From: Catajapyx aquilonaris
Lineage: Eukaryota
Length of the DNA: 20,000 nt
NCBI GenBank assembly: GCA_000934665.2
Contig: JYFJ02001506.1
Span: 58,676-78,675, forward strand
Direction: 5' to 3'
In this document: in pieces, positions 1 through 10,889 of the stretch
Numbering within the stretch: the stretch's first letter is position 1
Layout: every line of letters begins with the position of its first letter
Notes under the pieces: model-generated
The model's database searches: none
The model's input: the letters and a program-made list of their open reading frames with translations, nothing else
Told to the model about the DNA's origin: nothing
Made by a program: the position numbers and the translations under genes

Positions 1-132
1 TTCCCTAAAACTGATTTTGTCTTCTATGTGGTACGCTACTCTCAGTTCTGGCCTACTGACTGGCAAAAGAAATAGAGTACGACTTATGATCGCATTTCAC
101 GGACCAATCAAAAAAATAACGACCGAGCAATC

Positions 133-218
133 CAATTGAATCACTTTTTATAAGAAGGGAACAAGTCCAATAACTTTAAGTTGGACTTGTTCCCTTCTTA
201 TAAAAAGTGATTCAATTG
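133..218. repeat. perfect 38-bp inverted repeat with 10-nt spacer
   Basis: 133-170 caattgaatcactttttataagaagggaacaagtccaa is the exact reverse complement of 181-218. Confidence 0.95.
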
Positions 219-2850
219 CAATAGATTCGGGTGCATTCAATGTCAATGCCGTCATGGTCTTCGGAAGCGAGTGCGTGATAATGCCTGTCTCTGTGCATGA
301 TTGATGCCACGCAAGCAAGAGCAGGAGCTCGAATCAGGTCAAGAACTGAGGCCACGAATGTTTTTCCAAGCCGCTCTTAGCAGAAGTCGGCATGAGAGCC
401 ATAAATAATTCGATTGCCCCACCTCCCCTCTACATCCTTTCTCGATTAATATTCCTCCGGTACTAAACTCTTCGAGTGCCACCAGGTAGTTTCCTTTGCC
501 AATAGTGCCTCATAGTTGTGCGGACTCATTTGATCCAACTATCAGTTATGCTCGTGAATGTGCAGTCACGAGAGGGAAGGTAGCTATTACGTAGCATATG
601 CTTGCTTATTGCTTATTTATTGCAAATAACATGTTATTTTTTCTTGTCTCGACGCGACGCTTCCTTCCACATACATGCGATAGCGGTGTGATCAAAGAAT
701 TCTTTGACATCTTCCGACTGTCCTTGTGGAATATCGCGAGGAAGGAAGTGTCGAACCACTCGAAGCATAGGATGCTGTTGGTGTAAAAGATCAAGGTCTT
801 GGACATATTCAGTGGGTCAGGTTCATTTGTGTTGGCCTTGACTATAGTGTCAGAAAATCCACAGTATTTACATGACGCGTATTAGGATGTACTGTACGTG
901 GAATACAGTATCACGTATTATCGGCTCCGCCTTGCTGACTAATCCTGTCTCCTAAGGTCAGCTGGACTGAATCGCGAATTGTATATATTTAAATATATTT
1001 CGCATGTAGTTGAAATTCTGCATAACGCTTGCAATATTTATGCACCCACCATTATGCCAAAAATTTTGAGTTCTTGGACGCAAAAGTGCATTAACATTTA
1101 TGCGAAGTGTGTTTACTCGTTATTTTGAAAATGGAAAGCAAGTACAGGCCTGTGCATGCGAAAATAATAGTAATTAATACATGCTCGTGTTTTTTTTGAC
1201 ACTTCATGCAATATATGTACAATAGAGAAAATACCAACTTCAACACTAGCCGTTTCCGAAATTCTGTGTTTTTCCCTTTCTGTTGAAATGGTGCTCATTT
1301 CCGGTGCGCGTTCCCGAAAACGATGGTGCAAGAAAAACCGTGAATATTGGGATTTATAATTGAAACAGGTAGTTTCCTGAAAATAAGTGCACACTAAAAT
1401 CTTGCAGTGAGGCACGGCTAAATGGTTTTCTCCCCTGCACGGAAACTTATCACATGGTATATTACGAAGTTATCCAGCTTTTTTGTAGCACGAGACACGT
1501 CCATTTCCGGTCACTTTTCAAAACCAAATGTAGCCTAAATATGATATTACACCAGAATAACAATCACTGCTCACGGGTCATTTTTCCGAATCTGTAGCAA
1601 TTATCTCATGCACTCAGCTTAATTTTTTATGCCACATTCACAAAATATTAGAGTCTGTCATTATGTACGGCACATAGTCCAGTGTGGCACGTATCGTATA
1701 ATTCATTATCCCTACTTCATGCATGCTGAGCGTAAGCTTGCGATTCTTCATTGAAAGTCCTTCCACAGCCGTATATCCCCACGCCTTTATTAATCAACTC
1801 GTTTAGGGCCAATTGCGGCCAAATTCTCTCTCGTTAAGTATTTGACACACGTGGTACTGTTGCCATGGTTGACCTGCTCCCCCCACCAAATAAGTTTTTG
1901 TATGTGAAAAATTACACTTTCAAAGTTGAGCTCTTGAAAATTCTACAACCTGCTTCTGATCATGTAGCCATATCAATTGTCGTTGACCACTCTCCAGGGT
2001 CACTGCCCGACACAGTACATATGTTGCGCCTATTGCGCCTGTGTGGAAGAGTCAACTAAACATAAAAAAGGCATATCTATAATATATTATAGTAATTATT
2101 TGCAAAATATTAGGCTTGCAATTGCGTGTTATCCTGAGGTCGACATAAGTTACGCGCGACGATGGGGTAATAACACATTTCCAAGTGCATGACAATTGCC
2201 ACTGTATAGGTTCAAAAAAGTGTATTATTAACCTGTAATTAACTTGATATCACAGGAAGGAAGCCGTCATAATGACAGAAATGATAAATTGAAACTCTGA
2301 CGTAGTCAATCTGTTGAACGCAGTCATTGAATCAAAATTGTAACGTATAGTCTGGTTGTGTCAGCAAAAAAGTGACATTACTGCGTAGTTTAAGCCGTAC
2401 TCGGTAGTCCGCCTGTTTTAATGCTGATAACAGTTATCCCTCTTGTTAGTGACCAGTTTTTTCGCGGAACACAATAGCAAACCAGATACTATTTCCGCAA
2501 AAATATAACTCCAATACTTTGAGCCGCATAACTCTTTGCTAGATTATCACTCCGATATCCAAAATTATATTAGAGACGAGTCATCAACATGGCGACAGTC
2601 TGCGTCTGAATTAGCAAAACTTGGCAGAACATCGTCGCCGTGCATGCGGTCGTGTATCCTTTCCTTACACAATATCAGACCTACGCCCACTACAGGACAA
2701 CAACAACAAAAAATCGACGCCAAGTGTTGGTTGATTGGGTATACAACCATCCTCCAGTACAAAAAAAAAAAAAAACACCGGGGGGAGTTTGCCCACGAGT
2801 CAGTCATGGAGTGAGAACCGCTGAATAGTGACCAAGACCATTACAGTCGA

Positions 2851-3403
2851 ATGCATTCGACCCAGCCTGCGCCTCAGCAACGAAGCATCAGCATGGTCCT
2901 CAGTCGGTCCAGCACTGTGGATGACATCGAAGCAGGAGCAAGAAGAAGGGGACGACGACAACTGGAGATGGACACAGCCCAAAGGATGCAATTCGCCACC
3001 GTCATGTTGGTGGGACAACTGGGCTTGATGGTCCTCTTCGGTTTCTACGTCGACTATGATGTGGAGGCCCAACCATTCCTGCAGGTACCCGGACCCTCCC
3101 GGGTGGTGTCGCATGGACATCCTTCGACACAAATCCCGACTCGTCTCACCACTACCACGCAGCACAACATGCATCTAATGCTGCCCGATTTGCCTCCTGA
3201 GGAAGCATACGAGCCAGATCTAAGCCAGCAGGACATGTCTGACGAAGAACTGCTAAATATGCCTGATGTCATGCAGAAGAGAGCGGTGGACAATCCGCGT
3301 TTGTTCGGGTTCACTATTCCGATCGGATCTACCCATCCACCCGCGATACAGCAAGCGACAGCAGATGATGCTGCGTCAGTACCGTTTGGCATCACCTATG
3401 CTA
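2851..3403 (+). CDS. Rh50: Rh transporter coding exon 1 (N-terminus, TM1, long extracellular loop 1)
   Basis: The ORF encodes Rh-like TM1 ([23 protein letters not shown]) and ends TAT GCT A|gtaagt (donor 3404). The A joins TG at 6660 to give the conserved Y-A-M-F-Q-D. Confidence 0.88.
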
Positions 3404-6400
3404 GTAAGTCGAACATAGGTTGATTTTTGTACTGCACTGTTTGCGTTGGCGGACTGTTTGCGCCAACTTATTTACACGCTATGTTTGGTCAGCATGCTAA
3501 TATGTCACACATTGCATCCACGTGCTCAAACTATCATGCGACGATGTCGATGGCTGTGTATTCAGAGTGTTTCAGAATTTAGCTCGCATCCGCGTATTGA
3601 TGAAAATCTCGCCTACGGTCATTTCAAGTCGCTTCTGCCGGTCCATCTTCAAGTGTGACAGCCCGTTACGTATGCCTTTGGAAAGTTCATTTAATAGGTT
3701 TTCCAATGGTATACATAACTCGACGCCGAAGATGAGGCGGAGAAGGACAGCGATACGGATGAGCTCAGTTATGAAGCACGTATTTACGCCAATATTGTTT
3801 GCACATTTTGTTACGCTAGTGTCCACCTGAGTCCACTGAATCAATAACACTCGAGTATTGACGTAATTATGTATCATAAATAAACTATATTATTATAAGG
3901 AGAGAAGGCTGTAGCCACCCCATAGCATCTCTGAGGTCCCGAGTTCGATCCTCGGATCGGAAAGAGAATTTTCTCATGCGGGAAAAGTTTTGATGGGTTC
4001 TCACCATGTTCGCGTGGATTTTCTCAGGCTTCTCTCGTTTCCTACCACTATCAAAATCCATTAGCAGAGCAGTGCTATTAAAGTCGGGTCAGTTTATTAA
4101 ATGGTAAATATTGTAGGGTTAGGCTAACGGCATACAAATGGACACTCACGTCCGTGGATCTGAACCATTACGGGCAAGTTGTATGATCGATAGTAAACCC
4201 AGAACAAGTGGTTGCTAAACCGTATATTATTCACGGAGGGTTAATCACTTATTCTGGATTCACTATCGATCACTCAACCTGCCCGATGTGTCACGTGGGG
4301 GGGGGGGGGNACCACATAATAATCGTTATCCCTAATGGACGAAAGGTCTTCACTGATAAACAACTCATTGAGACGTATTTGTTAGCCTGAGAAATATTGC
4401 ATATGTCGGAGGCAAAAGTACCATAAATCATGAACAACAAGCTTATCCACGGTGGAAGGTACACGACCGCCTCCAAGGTGCACAATATACCGGTACTGTA
4501 TATCCCCACTCCTCAAATAAGATAATGGTTATACGTGACGTCACGGTTACGGCGGAATTGAATTATATTGAACACGCACGCTGCCGCATCACTTGGTCGG
4601 AAATATCGGCTAAACGGAACATGCTAGTAATATCGGATGTCCATGAACTAACGACATATTATAGTGGTGTAATAATCTTACATATGAAACTCGCTGAAGC
4701 GATTTAATACAGGATTAGCTGCCAGAAATATCGATAAAAACGCAGTGAATATACTCGGACACCATTCAAGTCCTGAGCGGAATTATGATTTAATATTTAG
4801 TCACAGCGATTACATTATTCTATGTCAGTTAGTGCTTGGGGACATCTGACAAACGTCACATTTTTCAATATTAGAACGCCCAGGGCCCGTTGTACGAACG
4901 TAAATGAACCGAAAATTTCCGATTACATGTGTAGGCATTGACAATATTATGACTAAAGATTTTCTCTTAATAAATAAATAAATAATAATAATAATAATAA
5001 TGATGATAATGATAATAATAATAATAATAATAATAATAATTTGGGTAGTGTGGACCTCCCAACTGAGGAGGTATTGCACGGGCCTTTGTTCTGTTTTAGG
5101 CATGTGTACAATGTGTACATACATTGGAACCTTGTTGCGAATCGGGCTGGGTGACTGCCGGGAGGGGCTGTGCAAGGTGCAAGTGCAATGTATGTAACGG
5201 TATATTTTGTGAACTCCCCGGGTGGATCAGTATATCGGAGATTCCACCCAAGACGAAGCCAGAGACGACCCAACTCTGCACGATATGAAGGGGGGAGACA
5301 CCGGGCAGGGATCGAGCCCGGGCGAGTCCGTGGGCGCATACGTTACCGCAGCGCCACTCCACCACCCCCCCCCCCNCCCCCCCGATTTTCTTTTAATTAT
5401 TGAGTTCACACAATTGGCCTATGTTAAGTCAAAATGAATCTAAAAACATTTACGAGGGACCACCCCCATGCTGCCTTACCATAATTTATGTCGGCCAATC
5501 TCTGTAACGAGCTTATATTGACGGGAGTCAGTATATGGTCAAGGGGGTCCAGCATACCAGCGAGAAGTAATAAACGAGGCCAACTATTGATTCGGGGGAT
5601 CCTGATGCATATTCATTTACCTAGCCACTTGAGAGAGAAATCCGATATAAAACAGCGAACTGATCTCATTTTAATCGCTAGCAAATGAGACCCCCTTCAT
5701 CCCAAGTATAAAAATTGGTGAAATGAGTAAAGGCTCATTTGCAAACCCGACGTACTGCACTTGAATCATTAAATGGTATCATCAGTCCAAAAAGAATTGT
5801 CCCAGTCATCCTGATGTGTGTGCTGCCCGCTCGACACACACCAGCATGTAACTTACATGGTGTGTGTCGAGCGGCCAGCCCACACGTCAGGATGACTGGG
5901 ACAGTTCTTTTTGAACTGTTGATACACATAAGAGGACTCATCACAATTAGTGTGTCTTTAAGTCAATGATTCTTCAAACTTATACAAAACCACATAACTT
6001 ATATCAAAATCATCTATTGTGACCCTGATTGTTCAGCATACCAGGTTTTCATTTCTTTCATGCTGTGGGCTTTGTGTAAGAAAGAGTAGTGATGATTAGT
6101 AGGCTCAGATTTTGTTCATTCCCCCGTCTCTCATTTCCCCACGGGCGAGTAACTATTTATAATTCTGCACCCAAATGGGGGCGGTGTTATGCAATAATGA
6201 GTCAACCCACATGAGAACCGTATTGAGAAAAGGGGCTTTGAATGTCACACCTGTGAAATTAATTCAGTGTCCTTTTTGGTCATTTATGGAAGAAGTATGC
6301 AGATTTCGCCAGCTTGATTTTAACTGAATCCATCAATTGGGTATATGTTCCTGGGTTTAACTCAATTTTGACATTTTTGTGGGTTGACACAATATTGCAT

Positions 6401-9400
6401 AGCACCATACATGTAAGCCACTGCACTGAATAGTAAATACTGTCGTCCTTTTTGAATGCTAAATGTGGGGAGAGTGTGTGTGGGTGACTCAGTATATTGG
6501 TATTTAAATAAAGACTATACAGTATTTCACATTACATAATGAGGCAGATTGAAGGAGGTGTCAGCTACTATAAAATAAATACAATCTCTAACTTTAGATC
6601 TTACTAACTATACTCGCTTGGGCAATCAGATATTAATATAGCCTCCTTTTGGTCTACAGTGTTCCAAGATGTTCACGTCATGATGTTCATTGGCTTTGGC
6701 TTCTTGATGACCTTCCTGAAGAGATATGGTTTCAGTGCTGTTGGCCTCAACATGCTCATTGCTTCCCTGGTGCTACAGTGGGCCACTCTGTGCCAAGGAT
6801 TCTTCAGAAGGAAAGATGATGGAATAATTTATGTCAACATCACCAAGTATAGTTTGTTACTATGTATGACCATTTCACTACCAATAATAACAAACTTTTC
6901 AGCCTTCTGAATGCAGACTTCGCTTCGGCAACCGTCCTGATCTCATTTGGAGCTGTTCTAGGATGCACCACTCCAGCACAACTCCTGATTATGGCAATCC
7001 TCGAAATAATGGCTTTTGCCACCAACGAATGGATTGGTACTGAAGTGATCCAGGTCAGTGTGCATTTAAGTTATTCTTAAATACATACTAATCATAACTT
7101 TTTTCTGACCCAGGCAGTAGACATTGGTGGTTCCATGTTCGTACATGTGTTTGGTGCCTATTTTGGTTTGATGGTGAGCCTCATGCAACATGAATATGCC
7201 AAGAGCACTCCAAAGGAAGGCTCGGAGTACCACTCCGACCTCTTTGCTATGATAGGTACAGTCTTTCTGTGGATGTTCTGGCCCAGCTTCAATGCAGGGC
7301 TGGCACCAGGTGATGATCAGCACCGAGCAGTCATCAACACCTACTACTCCCTTGCTGCTTGCTGTATCACTGCCTTTGCAGTGTCTGCTCTGGTATCCAA
7401 GGACAACAAGCTAGACATGGTAGGTATAATGGTAGGCCCTACTGTACATGTGTTTCAAAATTGAGATCACATCCATATTGATTGAAATGTTGTGGACTCG
7501 CCAGCATCAAGTTGGTACTCTCATGCTGGCTAAATATTTTAGTTGGTCAAAAAAAAAAAAAAAACTTCTTCCCAATGCACCCTTTCTCTCAGCCCTCCTC
7601 GCTCCTCCTCCCTTCAAGGTGCCAATGGAATTTGTGAACATACTGTACATATAATTTTTGCAGATATGGATGAGCTAACTTCTGAAACATTTCACTTCTA
7701 AATATTATGAGCAGGGTAGACAAATTGCCATAGATATATACTAACCAAGGAGGAACCGTTCATAATGATTAATGAAGTTAAATTTGATTAATATTTGAAG
7801 TAGCTAAGGAAAACTTTTTGTGTGTCTGGAAAAACATTTAATCTCTATCAAAATGTAAACCAAGGGAGAATAATTGTTGGCAGGTAACTATTGTGGCAGA
7901 ATATGATTGTGTACTCATCCCTGCTTTACCTCATGAAATACAATCACACAACTAAAATATTAAATATTGAACAGGTGCACATCCAGAATGCAACCCTGGC
8001 TGGTGGAGTGGCCATTGGAACATCTGCAGACATGATGATCCACCCATTTGGTGCCATGCTGGTTGGTATCTCAGCTGGGGTCCTCTCTGTGCTTGGATAT
8101 CGCTTCTTGACTCCCTGGTTATATGAGCGTTGTGGTCTCCATGACACGTGTGGGGTCAACAACTTGCATGGGATGCCTGGTATCCTAGCTGGTGTAGTGG
8201 GAGCTATCATGGCCTCCTTGGCATCCGAAGAAAACTATGGATACAGTGTGTACCAGCAGTTTCCAGCCAGGTCCCCTGTTGCCAACAGCTCTCACTTAGA
8301 TGAAGTCAAGACATTCATACTCGGCATAGAGCCAGGGTCAGGGAGGAGTGCCACAGAGCAGGCAGGGTACCAGCTGGCTGCATTGGGAATCACCCTGCTG
8401 TTTGCTATCGTCACTGGGATCATCACAGGTCAGATGTGTCCAATGGACTTGGGATCAGGGTACAAATTATAGGGTGGTGCACTGTCAAAATCTCCAGATC
8501 AAGAAGTGGGGAATAAAGAAAATGGTATGAATAGTTCACCTCATGAATCAGTTCAAGGAGAAGCATAAATCACGACAGTGAATGATGGCCCTCACTTTGC
8601 TTTGAATGGGTTGCTATAGAGAGCCCACCCTTTCTTGCCATTGACGTCATCGTTTCACTTACTGACTCCTAGCCAATGGAAATATTCCGAAAGCCCTGGA
8701 ACCTCCCACTTTTCAAGTTTCCATGGAGATGCCCTCATGCAACAATGGGAGTAAACAGTGTCAAAAAGAACACTGTTTACTCATATTGTTGCATGTGGAA
8801 CGTATGCTTTAAAGTGGAGGGTTCCAAATTGTTGGCTGTATTCTTAAATGCTTTCACATTAACTTTGGCATAAATGATAAGCAATTTAAAAACACAGCTG
8901 TTGGCATCCAGTTTTTAAAAACTGAGTTCCATGCAAATGATTCATGAAAATTCAAGCCCTCAGCTAAGTATTGATGTAAAAAAGTGGAATTATCCCTTTA
9001 AAAATGCCCCTGAGTAAATTATGCTTGATATTCTGGAGAGAAGAAAAAGGCTTGATATACCTGGTAACCACTTAGAAGCCCATCACTATTTGTTTGCTGT
9101 CATAAGTTTGGTGTGCAGTAATTACACAATTCCTAAGATTTTCATGGCATAAACTAATGGTGTGCTCCTACCGCCTTTTGGTACAGCCACATGGGCATGG
9201 CAACAGGGTTTCCAAGCACCTCCTTAGCATTATTCCTTGGTGAAATGGTTTGTCGTCTCACACCTGCACGGGTCTTCTCTCATCTGTAAAATATAATCAT
9301 AATAATATAATTCAGTTTAAAAAGTCAAAAACAACCCTGGAAAATTCTGTTGTACCTAAGGTACTATATCGCTCAAAAACATAAGAGACGATTTTGAGCG

Positions 9401-10330
9401 ATATAGTACATAGGTCTACGTACACTTTTGGCATAAATAGGCATAAACAAAACATTAATCAGCTATTACAGGTGTTTGCTTCAGTAAACAGTGCACTGCT
9501 TGTACATGTGTATCACTCCTTTGGACTATTGCTGACATGAAGGCAACAGCTTGGCAAATCTGTTGGAATTGAGAAATGTGGCCACTGTTGGCTTAGGGCA
9601 GGAAGCACAAACTCAGCATGTAAAAAAACCTCAGATTTTGATATTTATAATGAGTTAAGTGCTCCATTCTTTTAGAGAATATTGACTACATTTAATATGG
9701 CTTGAAGAATACGAGAATCTGAATACATCAGATGTGATGCAACTATTCCTGCTATGCTCCTTGACATGAGTTGCTCCTGACCAGCACTGACACCCCTAGG
9801 TTTGTCAATTGGTACTGGTATAGGGGGTGATCTGTTTGGGCTAGGATAATTTGAAAACGCCATGAAAGTGACACTAGGGCCCATATACATAATGGATTTT
9901 TGTACGCAGAGTTAGGGTTGACTCCAAGATGACAGGAATTAACCCCTGCTCAATAATGGTAAGTTGAGCTGGACCTGGAGTCAACACTGGTCAGGAAGCA
10001 GAGTTAATTCTGCAAGACAGGTTGAGAACATTCGCAAATGGCAGACAGAGTCTAATTAGAAAAAAAACTTTTGAGGCTTATAGAGCAGGTCAAAATTATT
10101 GAAAGGATGAAAGAACAAACTCTCACTTTGTCTTTGTCACCCTGATTTGATATTTGCTGTGCTTTTCACCAGGACTGATCATCCGGCTTCCTTTCCTGGG
10201 AAGACAGCCCAAGGAGCTCCTGTATGATGACTCGCACTTTTGGGAAACACCAGAGGAGGATGAGGAGAGTCAAGTTACACCTGTCTATGTGCCTAACAAG
10301 TCTGACCCACAGAATGACACAAAGTTTTAG
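2851..10330 (+). CDS. Rh50: Rh-type ammonium transporter (Rh50/RhAG-RhBG-RhCG-like, Amt/Mep/Rh family), whole spliced gene, 6 coding exons, ~602 aa
   Basis: join(2851..3403,6660..6846,6903..7053,7114..7419,7975..8428,10173..10330) = 1809 nt. All introns are GT..AG with matching phases (1,2,0,0,1). Rh hallmarks: [104 protein letters not shown]. The start could also be ATG 2893 or 2968. Confidence 0.96.
3900..4060 (+). mobile_element. degenerate tRNA-derived SINE with V-domain-like core
   Basis: B-box gagttcgatcc at 3941-3951. Segment 3986-4056 (agttt..gttctcaccatgttcgcgtggattttctcaggcttctctcgtttcctaccac) resembles, from recall, the V-SINE central domain. Confidence 0.6.
4171..4285. repeat. 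imperfect hairpin, 43-bp arms
   Basis: 4171-4213 vs 4243-4285 match at 36/43 in inverted orientation; the spacer has an extra ccgt/acgg pair. Confidence 0.85.
4972..5383 (-). mobile_element. full-length tRNA-derived SINE with (ATT)n tail and 14-bp TSD
   Basis: On the - strand: A-box tggcgctgcgg (5356-5346), B-box gggctcgatccc (5319-5308), 3' stem-loop cctcctcagttgggagg, then an (ATT)n tail at 5040-4972. TSD gattttct(c/t)ttaat at 4958-4971 and 5384-5397. Confidence 0.85.
5776..5925. mobile_element. palindromic MITE-like element, 68-bp arms
   Basis: 5776-5843 vs 5858-5925 match at 62/68 inverted; the centre catgtaa-c-ttacatg is also palindromic. Confidence 0.75.
6183..6406. mobile_element. 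MITE-like element with ~29-bp TIRs
   Basis: ggtgttatgcaataatgagtcaacccaca (6183-6211) vs the reverse complement of 6378-6406, 26/29; no clear TSD. Confidence 0.65.
6660..6846 (+). CDS. Rh50: Rh transporter coding exon 2
   Basis: Acceptor ctacag|TG at 6659/6660. Encodes [47 protein letters not shown]. Donor AA|gtatag at 6847, followed by a 56-bp intron. Confidence 0.96.
6903..7053 (+). CDS. Rh50: Rh transporter coding exon 3
   Basis: Acceptor ttttcag|C. Encodes [34 protein letters not shown]. Donor CAG|gtcagt at 7054, followed by a 60-bp intron. Confidence 0.96.
7114..7419 (+). CDS. Rh50: Rh transporter coding exon 4
   Basis: Acceptor cccag|GCA. Encodes [19 protein letters not shown]...[22 protein letters not shown]...KLDM. 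Donor ATG|gtaggt at 7420. Confidence 0.96.
7975..8428 (+). CDS. Rh50: Rh transporter coding exon 5
   Basis: Acceptor aacag|GTG. Encodes [15 protein letters not shown]...[14 protein letters not shown]...[23 protein letters not shown]. Donor G|gtcaga at 8429. Confidence 0.96.
9361..9409. mobile_element. internally deleted copy of the 11607-11717 palindromic MITE
   Basis: Perfect 18-bp inverted arms gtactatatcgctcaaaa. The sequence matches the left half and right end of the 11607-11717 element. Confidence 0.8.
10173..10330 (+). CDS. Rh50: Rh transporter terminal coding exon 6 (not in ORF track)
   Basis: Acceptor gcttttcaccag|GA in phase 1. Translates [52 protein letters not shown], matching the Rh C-terminal LP...(Y/F)xDxxxWE motif. 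TAG at 10328-10330. Confidence 0.92.
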
Positions 10331-10854
10331 TACACCCACCACGAGAGTTGCCACTGAGGCAAGAAAACATCGACAACCTTTTGCACAGTCATAACATGAC
10401 ACCTCCCTCCCAATTTGTTTTTAAATGTCTTAGGATAATACATGCAGGTCTTGCATGAGTACATGAAATGTTTAGAGTTTTATGAAAGCACAAGTGCTAG
10501 TCTTCATTAATTAAAAATTGTACTGTTCTTAATAGGCTACTATACAACTGGGGAGGTGAGGTGATACAATGGAAATGTTTGTGCCCATCTACGAAAATGA
10601 CTTGTTCCACCCCACACTTGGAACTTTTATTTCTCATTTGTGTTGTTTTGGAATCTCTAGATTTGTCTTTGGTGAAATTTCTATAAACTGTCACCTCAGA
10701 AGTATACCAAAAAAAGGCCAAAGCAGCACTGTGGCACTTATCTTCCCACAGTCCCAGTCATCCATTTATCCTGCACTCATGGTACCCAGAGATTAAGAAA
10801 AGAACCAAATTTTATGTCTTGTTTCAAAGCCAATAAAGGTTCTGTGCCAGATGC

Positions 10855-10889
10855 CACAACAGAGGCGGTGCAATACTCCTTTATTATTA

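Noticed and set aside
225..840. Coding-like composition on the minus strand (possible transposon or pseudogene relic)
   Set aside because: Frames are interrupted by stops and no transposase or RT motif could be identified.
3277..3312. [11 protein letters not shown] as an amidated neuropeptide
   Set aside because: The Gly is not followed by a basic cleavage site and the sequence lies within a transporter loop; kept only as a possible cleavage site.
3446..3877. Overlapping ~100-aa ORFs on both strands in Rh intron 1 (possible nested gene)
   Set aside because: No recognisable motif or consistent splice structure; cannot be supported without a homology search.
4825..5437. Cluster of ORFs with poly-Ile/poly-Leu/poly-Pro tracts
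   Set aside because: These are translations of the SINE, its (AAT)n tail and a C run.
7944..8210. Antisense ORFs over Rh and F-box exons (also 2800-3174, 3054-3395, 7066-7323, 14849-15220, 18676-18963)
   Set aside because: Shadow ORFs of real + strand exons.
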